Counted from the first letter of the stretch, positions 37,281 through 47,412 are shown. The stretch: 64,000 nt of DNA from an uncultured delta proteobacterium (GCA_963828255.1 CAWHDZ010000003.1:160001-224000); one strand, 5' to 3'. Notes: a model not told the origin generated them from the sequence alone. Numbers and translations: made by a program.

Positions 37281-38250
37281 AACGGTCGTCCTCCCGGCCG
37301 TGGCCGCCGTCCTGCTCTCGGCCTGCGCGATCGCCGCACCGGTGGCGCAGAGGCCCCTCGACCCGTACCGGGACGGAGAGTGGATGGGCCAGGGCATCTC
37401 CTACGGTCCGCACCGCGACGGCCAGCGTCCCGGCGGGCCGTCGCCCACGCGCGCCCAGATGCGCGAGGACCTGGAACTGCTGCGCGGCCGGTGGAGCCTG
37501 CTCCGGGTCTACAGCGCCGACCCGGTGGCGGAGGACCTGCTCGCCCTCGTCCGGGAGGAGCGGCTTCCCTTCAAGGTGCTGCTGGGCGCCTGGGTCGCGC
37601 CGGACGCGCCGGAGGAGAACCGCAAGCAGGTGCAGACGGCCGTGCGGCTGGCCCGCGCCTACCCGGACGTGGTTCTCGCGCTCTGCATCGGCAACGAGAC
37701 CCAGGTCTCCTGGTCGGACCACAAGGTCCCGGTCGACGTGCTGGTGGGGCTGCTCCGGGAGGCCCGGAGCGGTAGCACGCTGCCCGTGTCGACCGCCGAC
37801 GACTTCGGCTTCTGGCTGGAGCCGCGCAGCGACGCGGTGGCCCGCGAGGTGGACTTCATCGTCCTGCACGTCTACGCCATGTGGAACGGCCAACCCCTCG
37901 ACCGGGCGCTCGACTTCACCCGCGGGAAATACGACGACGTGGTGCGCCGCCACCCCGGTCTCCCGGTGGTCCTCGGCGAGGCCGGCTGGGCCACGGCGAA
38001 GCACACCGAGGGCGAGCAGGCCACCCTGATCAAGGGTCGGCCGGGCGAGGCGGAGCAGGGGGTCTTCCTCGAGCAGTTCACCGCCTGGGTGGTGCGCGAC
38101 CGGATCGTCAGCACCTGGTTCGAGGCCTTCGACGAGAACTGGAAGGGCGGCCCCCACCCGGACGAGGTGGAGAAGCACTGGGGGCTCTTCCGCGCCGACC
38201 GCACGCCCAAGCAGGCGGTCCGGCCCGCGGCGGCCCCGGCCGGGCGATAG
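37273..38250 (+). CDS. Glycoside hydrolase family 17, lipoprotein
   Basis: Lipobox LSAC; ISYGPHRDGQ, IGNET, LGEAGW, FEAFDENWK, EKHWGL. Confidence 0.88.
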   Translation: MRETVVLPAVAAVLLSACAIAAPVAQRPLDPYRDGEWMGQGISYGPHRDGQRPGGPSPTRAQMREDLELLRGRWSLLRVYSADPVAEDLLALVREERLPFKVLLGAWVAPDAPEENRKQVQTAVRLARAYPDVVLALCIGNETQVSWSDHKVPVDVLVGLLREARSGSTLPVSTADDFGFWLEPRSDAVAREVDFIVLHVYAMWNGQPLDRALDFTRGKYDDVVRRHPGLPVVLGEAGWATAKHTEGEQATLIKGRPGEAEQGVFLEQFTAWVVRDRIVSTWFEAFDENWKGGPHPDEVEKHWGLFRADRTPKQAVRPAAAPAGR

Positions 38251-38294
38251 ACGGCGTCCGGCCCCATGGCTCGCTGGCGTTGCGGGCGGCGCTC

Positions 38295-40535
38295 TCAGGC
38301 CCGCTCCAGCCGGGCCGGTACGCTCTTGTGCCATGGAGTCCCGACGAAGGGGTCGCGGTCCTGGCTGGCGGTGAGCTCGTTGGGGGCGACGCCCGCGGGC
38401 TCCGCCCCGTCCGTGCCGGAGAGCCCGAGGCCGTTGGGGAGGGAGACGTGGCCAGGTCGGAGGGTGTCCGACACCTCCACCGTGGCCACGCCCGATCCGG
38501 TGCGCGTGGTGATCCGGACGCGGTCCCCGGTGACGACGCCGAGCGCCGCCGCGTCCCCCGGGGAGATCCGCAGGGCGCCCGACGCGTCGGTCTTCCTCCA
38601 GGCCGGGGCGCGGATGATGGTGTTGGCGGTGAACGACCGGCGCTCGCCGGCCGACAGGACGAAGGGGAAGGCGGGGTCGCGGGCCGGGGGCGGCGCGTCG
38701 CGGAGCCGGGCCAGCTCCTCGAGGAGATCGGGGAGGGAAAGTTGGATCCGGCCGTCGGGGGTGGCGATGCGCCCCGTGACCTCCTCCCACCGGTCCACGG
38801 AGAAGACCACCCCGGCCGGGCTCGAGAGGATGGCGTCGAAGAGTCCCTGCGCCGCCTCGATCGGAGAGCCGCCGAAGCCGGCGCGCGCCAGGGATGCCGG
38901 GCTCTGCATGGCCGCCCGCGCCGCCAGCGGGAGCAGCACCGCCCCCTCGCGGGTTTCCGGAGGGAGGTCCATGGTCCGGTAGAGAAGCACGGGAGCCAGC
39001 CCGGCGAGACGCGGGTCGGAGAGGAAACGCTCGACCGCGGCCAGCGCGTAGGCCGCCTTCCCCCCGGCGGCGGCGGCACGGAGCGGCGCGAGGTCCTCCT
39101 CGGAGACGGCGCCGAGCGCGATGCAGAGGCGCGCGTGGATCTCGGCCTCGGGGAGCGCCCCGTCGGGCGGCGGAAGGAGGCGGGGGCGCAGGTGGAAGGC
39201 GTTTCGCGGGAAGTCGAAGTTGAAGAAGGTGGCCTCGGCCTTCTCGAACTGGCTCGCGGCCGGGAGCACGTAGTGGGCGAGGCGCGCCGTCTCGGTCATG
39301 GCCAGGTCGATCACCACCAGCGTGTCGAGGGCGCGGAGCGCTTCGCGGAACCGGGGCGAGTCGGCCACCGAGTGGGCCGGGTTGGCGGCCTCGACGATCA
39401 TGGCGCGGTAGCGGGCCGGGTGGTCGGTGAGGACCTCGTCGGCGATCACGTTGCAGGGGATGAGGCCGGCCACGATGGGCGCGCCCACCACCGGGCTCCT
39501 CCGTCGCGAGGCGCCGCTGGCGATGGCGACGATCGAGGTGGGCACGTAGGCCGTCCCCTCCCGGCCGAAGCTCCCGGTGACCGCGACGAGCAGGCGGTGG
39601 AGGTAGCTCACCAGCGTCGAGTCCCGGTTCATCTGCACGCCCAGGTCCTCGAAGGTGGCCAGCGCGCGGGCGTTGCCGAGGACGCGGGCGGTCCGGCGCA
39701 CCAGGGGCTCGTCGAGGCCGGCGCGCGCGCAGAACGCGGCGATGGGGATGGCGCGAAGGGCCGCCTCGACCGGCGCGGCGTCGGCGCAGTGGGCGTCGAG
39801 GAAGGTGCGATCCCAGAGCCCCTCCTCGAGGAGGATGGCCAGGATCGCGGCCATGAGAACCGCGTCCGTTCCGGGTTTGACCTGGAGGTGGATGTCGGCC
39901 ATCGCCGCCGTCTCGCTGCGCCGCGGGTCCACGACGACGAGCGTCCGGGCCGGGTCCCCGGCGATCTCCTTCAGCGTCACCCGCGCGCGCGGGATGGAGT
40001 GGGACTGCCAGGGGTTCTTGCCGAGGAAGAGAGCGACGTCGCAGTGCTCGAAGTCGGCGCGGATCATGGCCGTGCCGAACATGCGGTGGGCCACCCAGAA
40101 CTCGCCGGTCTTCTCCTGGGCGAGCGCGCTGGAGCGAAAGGTGGAGCCGAGCGCGCGCCGCGTGGCCGTGGCGTAGGCGCCCCCCAGGTGGTTCCCCTGG
40201 CCGCCTCCGCCGTAATAGAAGATGGCATCGCCGCCGTGGGCGTCGCGCACCGCGGAGAGCCGGGCCGCCACCTCCCGGATGGCCGTGTCCCAGTCGATGG
40301 CCTCGAAGGTCCCGTCGGCGCGCCGCCGCAGCGGCGTGGTCACCCGGTCGGGGCCGTTCTGGTAGTGGTCGAGCCGGTGCGCCTTCTCGCAGGCGTAACC
40401 CCTCGAGGCCGGGTGGCGCCTGTCGCCGCGAAGCCGGACCAGGCTCCGCCCTCCCTCGCCCCCCAGCTCGACCTCGAGCCCGCAGTTGCACTCGCAGAGG
40501 ATGCAGGCCGTCGGCTTCCAGTCCGTCGTGGGCAC
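38295..40535 (-). CDS. Molybdopterin-dependent oxidoreductase (bis-MGD family) with N-terminal 4Fe-4S motif
   Basis: TACILCECNCG...GYACEK, ANPAHS, TETARLAHYVLPA, C-terminal molybdopterin dinucleotide-binding domain; RBS then GTG at 40535. Confidence 0.9.
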   Translation of the reverse strand: MPTTDWKPTACILCECNCGLEVELGGEGGRSLVRLRGDRRHPASRGYACEKAHRLDHYQNGPDRVTTPLRRRADGTFEAIDWDTAIREVAARLSAVRDAHGGDAIFYYGGGGQGNHLGGAYATATRRALGSTFRSSALAQEKTGEFWVAHRMFGTAMIRADFEHCDVALFLGKNPWQSHSIPRARVTLKEIAGDPARTLVVVDPRRSETAAMADIHLQVKPGTDAVLMAAILAILLEEGLWDRTFLDAHCADAAPVEAALRAIPIAAFCARAGLDEPLVRRTARVLGNARALATFEDLGVQMNRDSTLVSYLHRLLVAVTGSFGREGTAYVPTSIVAIASGASRRRSPVVGAPIVAGLIPCNVIADEVLTDHPARYRAMIVEAANPAHSVADSPRFREALRALDTLVVIDLAMTETARLAHYVLPAASQFEKAEATFFNFDFPRNAFHLRPRLLPPPDGALPEAEIHARLCIALGAVSEEDLAPLRAAAAGGKAAYALAAVERFLSDPRLAGLAPVLLYRTMDLPPETREGAVLLPLAARAAMQSPASLARAGFGGSPIEAAQGLFDAILSSPAGVVFSVDRWEEVTGRIATPDGRIQLSLPDLLEELARLRDAPPPARDPAFPFVLSAGERRSFTANTIIRAPAWRKTDASGALRISPGDAAALGVVTGDRVRITTRTGSGVATVEVSDTLRPGHVSLPNGLGLSGTDGAEPAGVAPNELTASQDRDPFVGTPWHKSVPARLERA

Positions 40536-40668
40536 GGGCGCTCCCTTCCAGGACGACCACCTTACCTCCGGTGGCGCTCCGACACCCTGCCGGGTTAGGA
40601 ACGGGGGCCGATGCCCTCGCTCATCATGCCGGCGCTCCACGCTGGCCACTTCTCGTGAAGGGGTGCCC

Positions 40669-41019
40669 GTGCAGGAAAAGCTCACCATCCTGAACGCCTT
40701 CGTCCACGACGTGGCCACCGGCACGTGGATCGGCTCGCTGGTGCTCCTCTCCATCCTTCACGCGCAGGCGACGCAGCCCGAGTGGATCCTGGCCGCGGGA
40801 CTGGTCCGGCCGCTGGCCGCCAGGTTCATGTGGGTAACCTGGGTGAGCCTCGTGGTCATCATGCTCACCGGCGTGGTGCGCATGGTCACCTGGAAGGTCT
40901 TCGGCTGGACGGGGGACGTGGCGCGCGACCGCATCCGGTTGCTCAAGGTGAAGCACGCCATCCTGGGCGTGGTCTTCGCGGCCGGGACCGCGTGGCAGGT
41001 CGCCATCGCCTATTTCTGA
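40669..41019 (+). CDS. Small 3-TM membrane protein (CopD/DUF4149-like)
   Basis: FVHDVATGTWIG, IMLTGVVR, LLKVKHAILG; typical codon usage. Confidence 0.7.
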   Translation: MQEKLTILNAFVHDVATGTWIGSLVLLSILHAQATQPEWILAAGLVRPLAARFMWVTWVSLVVIMLTGVVRMVTWKVFGWTGDVARDRIRLLKVKHAILGVVFAAGTAWQVAIAYF

Positions 41020-41206
41020 TCCCTGGAAGGGTTCCCGAGTGAGGGGGTACCCGGTCGGGTGCGCGCAAGGGTTGCGAACGGCTTCCAAGATGCGCAGAAA
41101 ACTCGCCCGACGATGAAGAATTACTAATATTTTCAATGTACCATGACTCGGTGACCGCTGGCTTCCTTCGTGCTACTCAATGTGGACCCCTGAAGGAGGG
41201 TAATTG

Positions 41207-42709
41207 ATGCTCGGTCGAAAGCCCCGCGTTCTGCTCGTCACGTCGCCGTACCACGCCGGCGTGGTCGAGGCCGCCGGAACGTGGATGCCGCTCGCGATGG
41301 TCTACGTCGCGGGCGAGGCGCGTGCAGCCGGCGCCGAGGTCGAGGTCTACGACGCGATGTCCATGTTCGTCTCGCACGACGACATCGCGAAGAAGATCGC
41401 CGAGTTCAAGCCCGACATCGTCGGCACGTCCGCCATCACCGCCACCGAGCCCGACGCCCGGGTGATCTGCGCCAACGCAAAGGCCTGGAACCCCGAGGTT
41501 CGCACGGTGGTGGGCAACGTGCACGCCACCTACTGCTGGGAGGAGATCCTCCGCGACGACCCCAGCGTCGACTTCGTGGTGCGAGGGGAGGGCGAGCGGA
41601 CCATCGCCGAGCTCGTCCAGGCCGTGGCCGCCGGCGAGGGGTACGAGCGCATCGCCGGGCTCGCCTGGCGAAAGGACGGCGTCCCGGTCACCAACCCGCC
41701 CCGGATGCTCTGCTTCGACCTCGACCGGTTCCAGCCCGCCTTCGACCTGGTGGATTGGCCGCTCTACTGGTACCGCCCCAGCCCCCAGGGCAAGCTCGCC
41801 ATCGTGAGCTCGGCACGTGGCTGCGCCCAGCGCTGCTCGTTCTGCTCCCAGCAGAAGTTCTGGGGACGCAGCTGGCGCGGACGGGATCCGCTCAAGTTCG
41901 TGACCGAGCTGGAAATGCTGCGGGACAGGCACGGCGTGGCCGTGGCCATGCTCTCCGACGAGACCCCCACGACCGACCGGGCCCGGTGGGAGAAGGTCCT
42001 CGACCTGCTCATCGAGCGGCAGAGCGGGCTCGAACTCCTCATGGAGACCCGCGTCGACGACATCCTGCGCGACGAGGACATCCTGGGGAAGTACGCCAAG
42101 GCCGGCGTCTCGCACGTCTACCTGGGCGTCGAGTCCACCTCGCAGGCCACGCTCGACCTCTACAAGAAGGACATCAAGGTCACCGAGTCGAAGCGGGCCA
42201 TCGACCTCATCAACGAGTACGGCATGGTCTCGGAGACCTCCTTCGTCCTGGGGACCCCCGAGGAGACCACCGCCTCGGTCCGGGAGACCGTCGAGCTCGC
42301 CAAGTGGTACGCGCCCGACATGGCTTTCTTCCTCGCCCTGACCCCCTGGCCCTACTCCGACATCGGCCCCGAGATGGAGAGCCGCCTCGTCACCAAGGAT
42401 TACCGGCGCTACAACCTGGTCGAGCCGGTCATGAAGCCGGACAACATGACCATCGCCGAGCTGCACGGCGAGCTCCACCGGGCCACGGGCCACTTCTTCC
42501 ACGACAAGTTCAAGAACCTCGGGAAACTCACGCCCGAGAAGCGCCGCTTCATGATCAAGGTGCTGAAGCTCCTCATCGAGAACAGCTACCTGGGCGACGA
42601 GATGAAGCGGATGGCGGGCCACGCCAGCATGCCGGACTCCGTGAAGGAGATGCTCCGGGAGATCGGCATGGACGTTCCGGCCGGGCAGGCTTCCCCGACC
42701 GCGCGGTAG
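41207..42709 (+). CDS. Cobalamin-binding radical SAM protein
   Basis: AAGGAGG RBS; N-terminal B12-binding-like domain (VGNVHAT, VRGEGE); SARGCAQRCSFC; LGVES. Confidence 0.92.
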   Translation: MLGRKPRVLLVTSPYHAGVVEAAGTWMPLAMVYVAGEARAAGAEVEVYDAMSMFVSHDDIAKKIAEFKPDIVGTSAITATEPDARVICANAKAWNPEVRTVVGNVHATYCWEEILRDDPSVDFVVRGEGERTIAELVQAVAAGEGYERIAGLAWRKDGVPVTNPPRMLCFDLDRFQPAFDLVDWPLYWYRPSPQGKLAIVSSARGCAQRCSFCSQQKFWGRSWRGRDPLKFVTELEMLRDRHGVAVAMLSDETPTTDRARWEKVLDLLIERQSGLELLMETRVDDILRDEDILGKYAKAGVSHVYLGVESTSQATLDLYKKDIKVTESKRAIDLINEYGMVSETSFVLGTPEETTASVRETVELAKWYAPDMAFFLALTPWPYSDIGPEMESRLVTKDYRRYNLVEPVMKPDNMTIAELHGELHRATGHFFHDKFKNLGKLTPEKRRFMIKVLKLLIENSYLGDEMKRMAGHASMPDSVKEMLREIGMDVPAGQASPTAR

Positions 42710-42739
42710 GGCCCCGGATCCGGCCAGGCCGGCGGGCCG

Positions 42740-43114
42740 TCACTCCCGAGCGAGCACGCCCTCGAGCAGATCCTTCGCCGCCGGCTCGATCTGCACGACG
42801 CGCATCCCCACGTCGAACACCGCCGGGCTTCCGGCGGGGAGTGGATCGCACCACTCCACCTCGACGAGCGCGTTGATCTCGCCCCCGCCCGGGAGGAACA
42901 CGTCCATCTCCAGCAGGCGGCCCGCCTTCAGCCTCTCGTCCGAGTAGGACCGGATCCCGACCTGGGACTTCTGGGCAGGCTCGCGCCGGAGACCGTGGGT
43001 GAACCAGGAGGTGGGCCGGTGGACGATGGGGGCCTGCACCCGGCGGTAGGGGGGGTGCGAGGTCGGCATCACGAGGACGCGCCCGGTCGACTCCCACCAA
43101 TCGAGCAATGCCAT
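42740..43114 (-). CDS. Small PilZ-like hypothetical protein
   Basis: YRRVQAP, GIRSYSDE, EVEWCDPL...FDVGMR pattern. Confidence 0.55.
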   Translation of the reverse strand: MALLDWWESTGRVLVMPTSHPPYRRVQAPIVHRPTSWFTHGLRREPAQKSQVGIRSYSDERLKAGRLLEMDVFLPGGGEINALVEVEWCDPLPAGSPAVFDVGMRVVQIEPAAKDLLEGVLARE

Positions 43115-43243
43115 GCCCACGGGACACACTTTGACAGAACGCCGCAGGCCGCGCCAGAAGGGGCTCGAGTAAGCGAACGATTACGGCCTTCCCGGTCCTC
43201 CATCTTCCTGGGCCTCGGCGCCCGGTTCCCCTATAAGCGCCCG

Positions 43244-45063
43244 ATGCTTCGAAGGACTCTCGCCACGGCCCTCGCCGCGCTGGCCCTCACCGCCTGCAGC
43301 GCCTCCCGACCCATCCCCACCCCCGCCGATCCCCCGTTCGACGGCGCCCGGGCCAAGGCCGACGTGACCTGGCTCGCCGATCCGGCCCGCACCGGCCGGG
43401 GCGTGGGGACTCCCGGGATCGACGCCGCGGCCGACTGGATCGAGGGCCAGATGAAGGGCATCGGCCTCGCCCCAGCCGGCTCGGATGGCTTCCGGCAGGT
43501 CTTCGAGGCGCCGGTGGGCGCCCGGCTCCTCGACGGCAACGCACTCGTCCTCGACGGCACGGCCAAGAAGCTCTCGGTGGACTGGCAGCCCTTCACCTTC
43601 AGCGACGACGGCAAGGTGGAGGGGGAGCTGGTCTTCGCCGGCTACGGCATCACCGCTCCCGAGCTCTCCTATGACGACTACGCCGGCCTGGACGTGAAGG
43701 GGAAGATCGTGCTCCTTGCCCAGGACTTCCCGGGCGAGCAGGACCCGAAGTCACCCTTCCGCGACCCGAAGAACTACCGCTACGGCGAGTGGCGCTACAA
43801 GGTGACCAACGCCCGGGACCACGGGGCCGCGGCGGTGCTCGCGGTCCGGGACGACTGGAACCACCCGGCGAAGGACGAGATCCCGGCCTGGAAGGGATCG
43901 CCCAGCTCGCGGGCCGGCCTCATCGCGGCGCGGGTCACCCTGGATGCCGTGAAGCGGGCCGGCGTGGACGTGGCCGCCCTCGCCACCCCCATCGCCACCG
44001 ACATGAAGCCCCGCTCCAAGTCACTTGGAGTGAATGGGGCGGTCCAGGTCGCCGTGATGCACGAGCGGGCCCGCACCGCCAACGTGGCCGGCAAGATCGC
44101 CGGCTCCGATCCTGCCGTGGCCGACGAGTGCGTCATCGTCGGGGCCCACTACGACCACCTGGGCTTCGGCGGCGAGACCTCGGCCTCGCCCGACCAGATC
44201 GGCCAGGCCCACCTGGGCGCCGACGACAACGCCTCCGGCACGGCCGCCATCCTCGCGGTGGCGCGGGCCTTCGCGTCCCAGGCGCCGCCCCGCCGCACGG
44301 TGGTCATCGTGGCCTTCTCCGGCGAGGAACTGGGCGTCCTCGGATCGACCTTCTTCGTGAAGAACCCGCCGGCCGGCTGCACGGTCCCGAAGATGCAACT
44401 CATGGTGAACCTCGACATGGTCGGGCGTCCGCAGCAGGGGAAGCTCTACGTGCACGGCGTGGACACGGCCAGGGGGCTGCGCGAGACGGTGAAGGAGCAG
44501 GCCGGGCGCAACCCGCCCATCGCGCTGCGCGTCGAGCCGGGGGGGAGGGGTTCGGCTCCTCCGACAACACCAGCTTCTACGCCAAGGACGTCCCGGTCCT
44601 CTACCTCTTCAACGGCGCCCACACCGACTACCACCGGGTCAGCGACACCCCCGACAAGATCGACGCCGCCGGCCTCGCCGAGGCTTCCCGCCTGGCCTGG
44701 CGCGCGGCCCGGGACGCGGCCGACTGGCCGACCCGCCTCGAGGTCGTGAAGGTGGTCCAGGCGAAGCCACAGGGCGGAGGGGGAGGGCGGGGGAGCCGCC
44801 CCTCGCTCGGGACCATCCCCGACTTCTCCGAGCGCAACGAGCCGGGCGTGCTCCTCACCGGCGTGGTGCCGGGGAGCCCGGCGGAGAAGGCGGGTCTCGT
44901 CGGCGGCGACGTGGTGCTGCGCCTCGGGACGAAGAAGATCCTGAACCTCCAGGACCTCCAGTACGCCCTCACCGGACACCGCCCCGGCGACGTGCTCGAA
45001 CTCGAGTACGCTCGGGGCGGGAAGGTCTCGGTCGTCCAGGTCACGCTGGCCGAGCGCAAGTAG
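43244..45063 (+). CDS. M28 family peptidase lipoprotein with PA and PDZ domains, frameshifted at G7 run 44539-44545
   Basis: Lipobox LTAC; FAGYGI, GAHYDHLG, GADDNASG, FSGEELG, NLDMVG then SDNTSF, HTDYHR, GSPAEKAGL in the next frame. Confidence 0.88.
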
Positions 45064-45084
45064 CCCCACGCCCGGGCCGGGAGG

Positions 45085-46287
45085 CTACATTCCGGGGAAC
45101 GGGAAGGGCGGATCCTCGAAGTACGAGGCCGGCCAGCCCGTGAAGTCCTTCGAGGAGTCGGCGAGCAGGGGGACGTCGCCGAAGGCCGCGTCGCAGGGAG
45201 TCGCCGCCGCGTCCATCATCGTTCCGGCGGAGGCGCCGGCCAGGGTGGCGCCCGAGGCGTCCTCGGCCTTCATCATCCAGTAGCCCTCGGTCGGCATGTG
45301 CCGCTCGGCTGCCGCGCTGTGGCAGGTCACGCCCACGATGCGGGCCACCGGCGCGACCAGCTGGCCGCCCGAGATGAGCCCGTCGCTGCGCCCGTGCACC
45401 TTGCCGTCGGCCGCCTTGAACCAGCGCGAGACCATCTGCGCGTCGGCCGGGAGGAGGTCGGGGTTCGCGGTGCGAGGGTCCATGCCGCAGAGGAAGACCA
45501 TCTCGTCCTTGATCTTGAGGCTGCCGCCCTTGCTGGCCACGCGGTGGTACAGGTACTCGCCGCTGCGGGGCCGGGAGAGGCCGGGCGGGATGACGCCGCC
45601 GTCGAACTTGCCGGCGTCGAGGTCCCAGGTGACGTTCGTGCCCCGGACGGCGATCTTCCGGCCGGCGGCGGAGACGTCGAACCGGACCTCGAGCGTGCCG
45701 GAGGCGGCCTTCTCGTTCGGGAAGGCGGCGTGGAGCAGCGTGAAGTCCACCTCCATCGTGCCCTTTCCCTCGTGCTCGCCGGAGTAGCCGTTGCGGTCGA
45801 TCTCTCCGGACATGACCACGGGGAGCGGGGTCGTGCCCGTGGGGCCGGCCGCGAGCTCCCAGCTGTAGACGCTGGAGGCGACGAGCCTCACAGTGAAGGT
45901 GACGTCCACGCCGGCCTCGGTCATCGTCCAGGTCTTCGATGTCTCGGTGGAGGTTGCCGGCATCGAGGAGATCACGCGCTCCACGTGGCGGAGCACCTTG
46001 TAGATGTGCCGGTTCACCCGCTCCACCACCTCGCGCTCGCGCATGAAGAGGTGCGGGTGGCAGCCGCCACCGGGGCCGGCCAGGTCCGCCGTCAGCGAGG
46101 CGCCGGGGGTCTCGAGAAGCGCCGCCGCGGGCGGGGTCGTGTCGGCGTCCACCTGATCGAGCGCCAGCGCGGCGAAGCTCGGGAGGGCGGCGTCCAGCGC
46201 CGCGCTGCCCGTGCCGGTGGACATGGAGCCGCCGCAGGCCAGGACCACGGCGAGCGGGGCGGTGAGGATCAAGGTGCGAAAGTTCAT
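45085..46287 (-). CDS. Hypothetical lipoprotein
   Basis: GGAGG upstream; MNFRTLILTAPLAVVLAC lipobox; typical codon usage. Confidence 0.75.
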   Translation of the reverse strand: MNFRTLILTAPLAVVLACGGSMSTGTGSAALDAALPSFAALALDQVDADTTPPAAALLETPGASLTADLAGPGGGCHPHLFMREREVVERVNRHIYKVLRHVERVISSMPATSTETSKTWTMTEAGVDVTFTVRLVASSVYSWELAAGPTGTTPLPVVMSGEIDRNGYSGEHEGKGTMEVDFTLLHAAFPNEKAASGTLEVRFDVSAAGRKIAVRGTNVTWDLDAGKFDGGVIPPGLSRPRSGEYLYHRVASKGGSLKIKDEMVFLCGMDPRTANPDLLPADAQMVSRWFKAADGKVHGRSDGLISGGQLVAPVARIVGVTCHSAAAERHMPTEGYWMMKAEDASGATLAGASAGTMMDAAATPCDAAFGDVPLLADSSKDFTGWPASYFEDPPFPFPGM

Positions 46288-46416
46288 GTGCGGCCTCCGG
46301 GCGTCCAGCCCTCTTGCGTATGGCAGATTGAACACCCCTGCCCCGAAGGAGTTGCGGCCCGGTAAAGCGAAGGACCTGCGCAGGGTTGCGCAGGTCCTGG
46401 TTCGGCCCCGGGAAGG

Positions 46417-46668
46417 CTACGAGGGCTTTCGCTCGCTCGGAGCGGCCTGCTTCGAGGCCTCCACCGACGGACCCCTGGCGTGGCCGGGGAGCTCCGTCGC
46501 AGCGGGTTCCTTCGCCGCCGGCGGAGCGTCGTCGTTGCCCTCGGAGGACTTCTTGAAGTTGCGGATGCCCCTGCCGAGCGCCTCGCCGAGCTGGGGCAGC
46601 TTCGAGGGGCCGAAGATGAGGAGCGCGACCGCCAGGATGAGCAGGATCTCGCCGAATCCGAGTCTCAT
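46417..46668 (-). CDS. tatA: Twin-arginine translocase TatA/TatE subunit
   Basis: GFGEILLILAVALLIFGPSKLPQLGEALGRGIRNFKK. Confidence 0.92.
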   Translation of the reverse strand: MRLGFGEILLILAVALLIFGPSKLPQLGEALGRGIRNFKKSSEGNDDAPPAAKEPAATELPGHARGPSVEASKQAAPSERKPS

Positions 46669-46728
46669 GTGGCCCGTATAGCACCGGCCGACGCCGCACA
46701 CCACACCGCCGCCATCACCCCTCCGGGA

Positions 46729-47322
46729 TCAGCGGGCCCGTGCCTCGACGAGGGACAGGAACGGGTCGGAGGTGAGCACGCCGAGCAGGACGAGCCGCCG
46801 GCCGCCGCGGCCTGGACCGGCGCCCGGGCCGGCTTCGTCGCCGTCGGGCCCGCCCGGGCCGCCCGGGCCACGGGGACCGGGGCCGATGCCGAGCCGGACT
46901 GCCTTCAGCGCCTGGAGCTGCGCCGGCGTCAGGATGGCGAGCACCTGCGTGCGCAGCGCCTGCCCCTCGCCGCGCCGCGAGGCCATGCCGGCCTGCCGGG
47001 CCTCGCGCATCGCCTCCTGGGTGCCCTCGGAGACGGCACCCCCGGCCCGGAGCTCGTCCCGGGCGCGGGTGAGGGCAGCCACGAGCGCCGGGTCGGGCGA
47101 CTCGACCCGGGCGCGGAAGGCCTGTACCTGGGCGGCCGCCTGCCGCAGGACCGGAAGGAGGGCGCGGGCCTGGTCCGGTGTGATCGCGAGGGCCCGGTCC
47201 ATCTGGAGGGCCGCGATCTCGGCGCGCAGCGCGGCCACCTCCGGCGACGGGGCGAGAGGGCGCGCGGAGGCCGTGGTGGCCGCGAGGAGGAGGATGGCTG
47301 CGACGGCGCTTCGGGCGATCAT
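46729..47322 (-). CDS. Exported helical protein (Spy/CpxP-like)
   Basis: Signal peptide; ITPDQ and ILTPAQ motifs; GGAG RBS. Confidence 0.65.
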   Translation of the reverse strand: MIARSAVAAILLLAATTASARPLAPSPEVAALRAEIAALQMDRALAITPDQARALLPVLRQAAAQVQAFRARVESPDPALVAALTRARDELRAGGAVSEGTQEAMREARQAGMASRRGEGQALRTQVLAILTPAQLQALKAVRLGIGPGPRGPGGPGGPDGDEAGPGAGPGRGGRRLVLLGVLTSDPFLSLVEARAR

Positions 47323-47412
47323 GTGGACTCCAGTGGAAGGGTCACCGGTCCAGACCCGCGGCGGGTCGGGACGTTAGTCCACGATGTCCGGAGGTGCTAC
47401 GGTGCGCCCCCG

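Noticed and set aside
10428..38250. Glucan locus as a recently acquired mobile island
   Set aside because: No transposase, integrase or terminal repeats seen; GC content and codon style look like the flanks, so any transfer is old
41068..41082. GGTTGCGAACGG resembling the sigma54 upstream palindrome
   Set aside because: Only a partial match, with no GG-N10-GC element seen at the expected distance downstream
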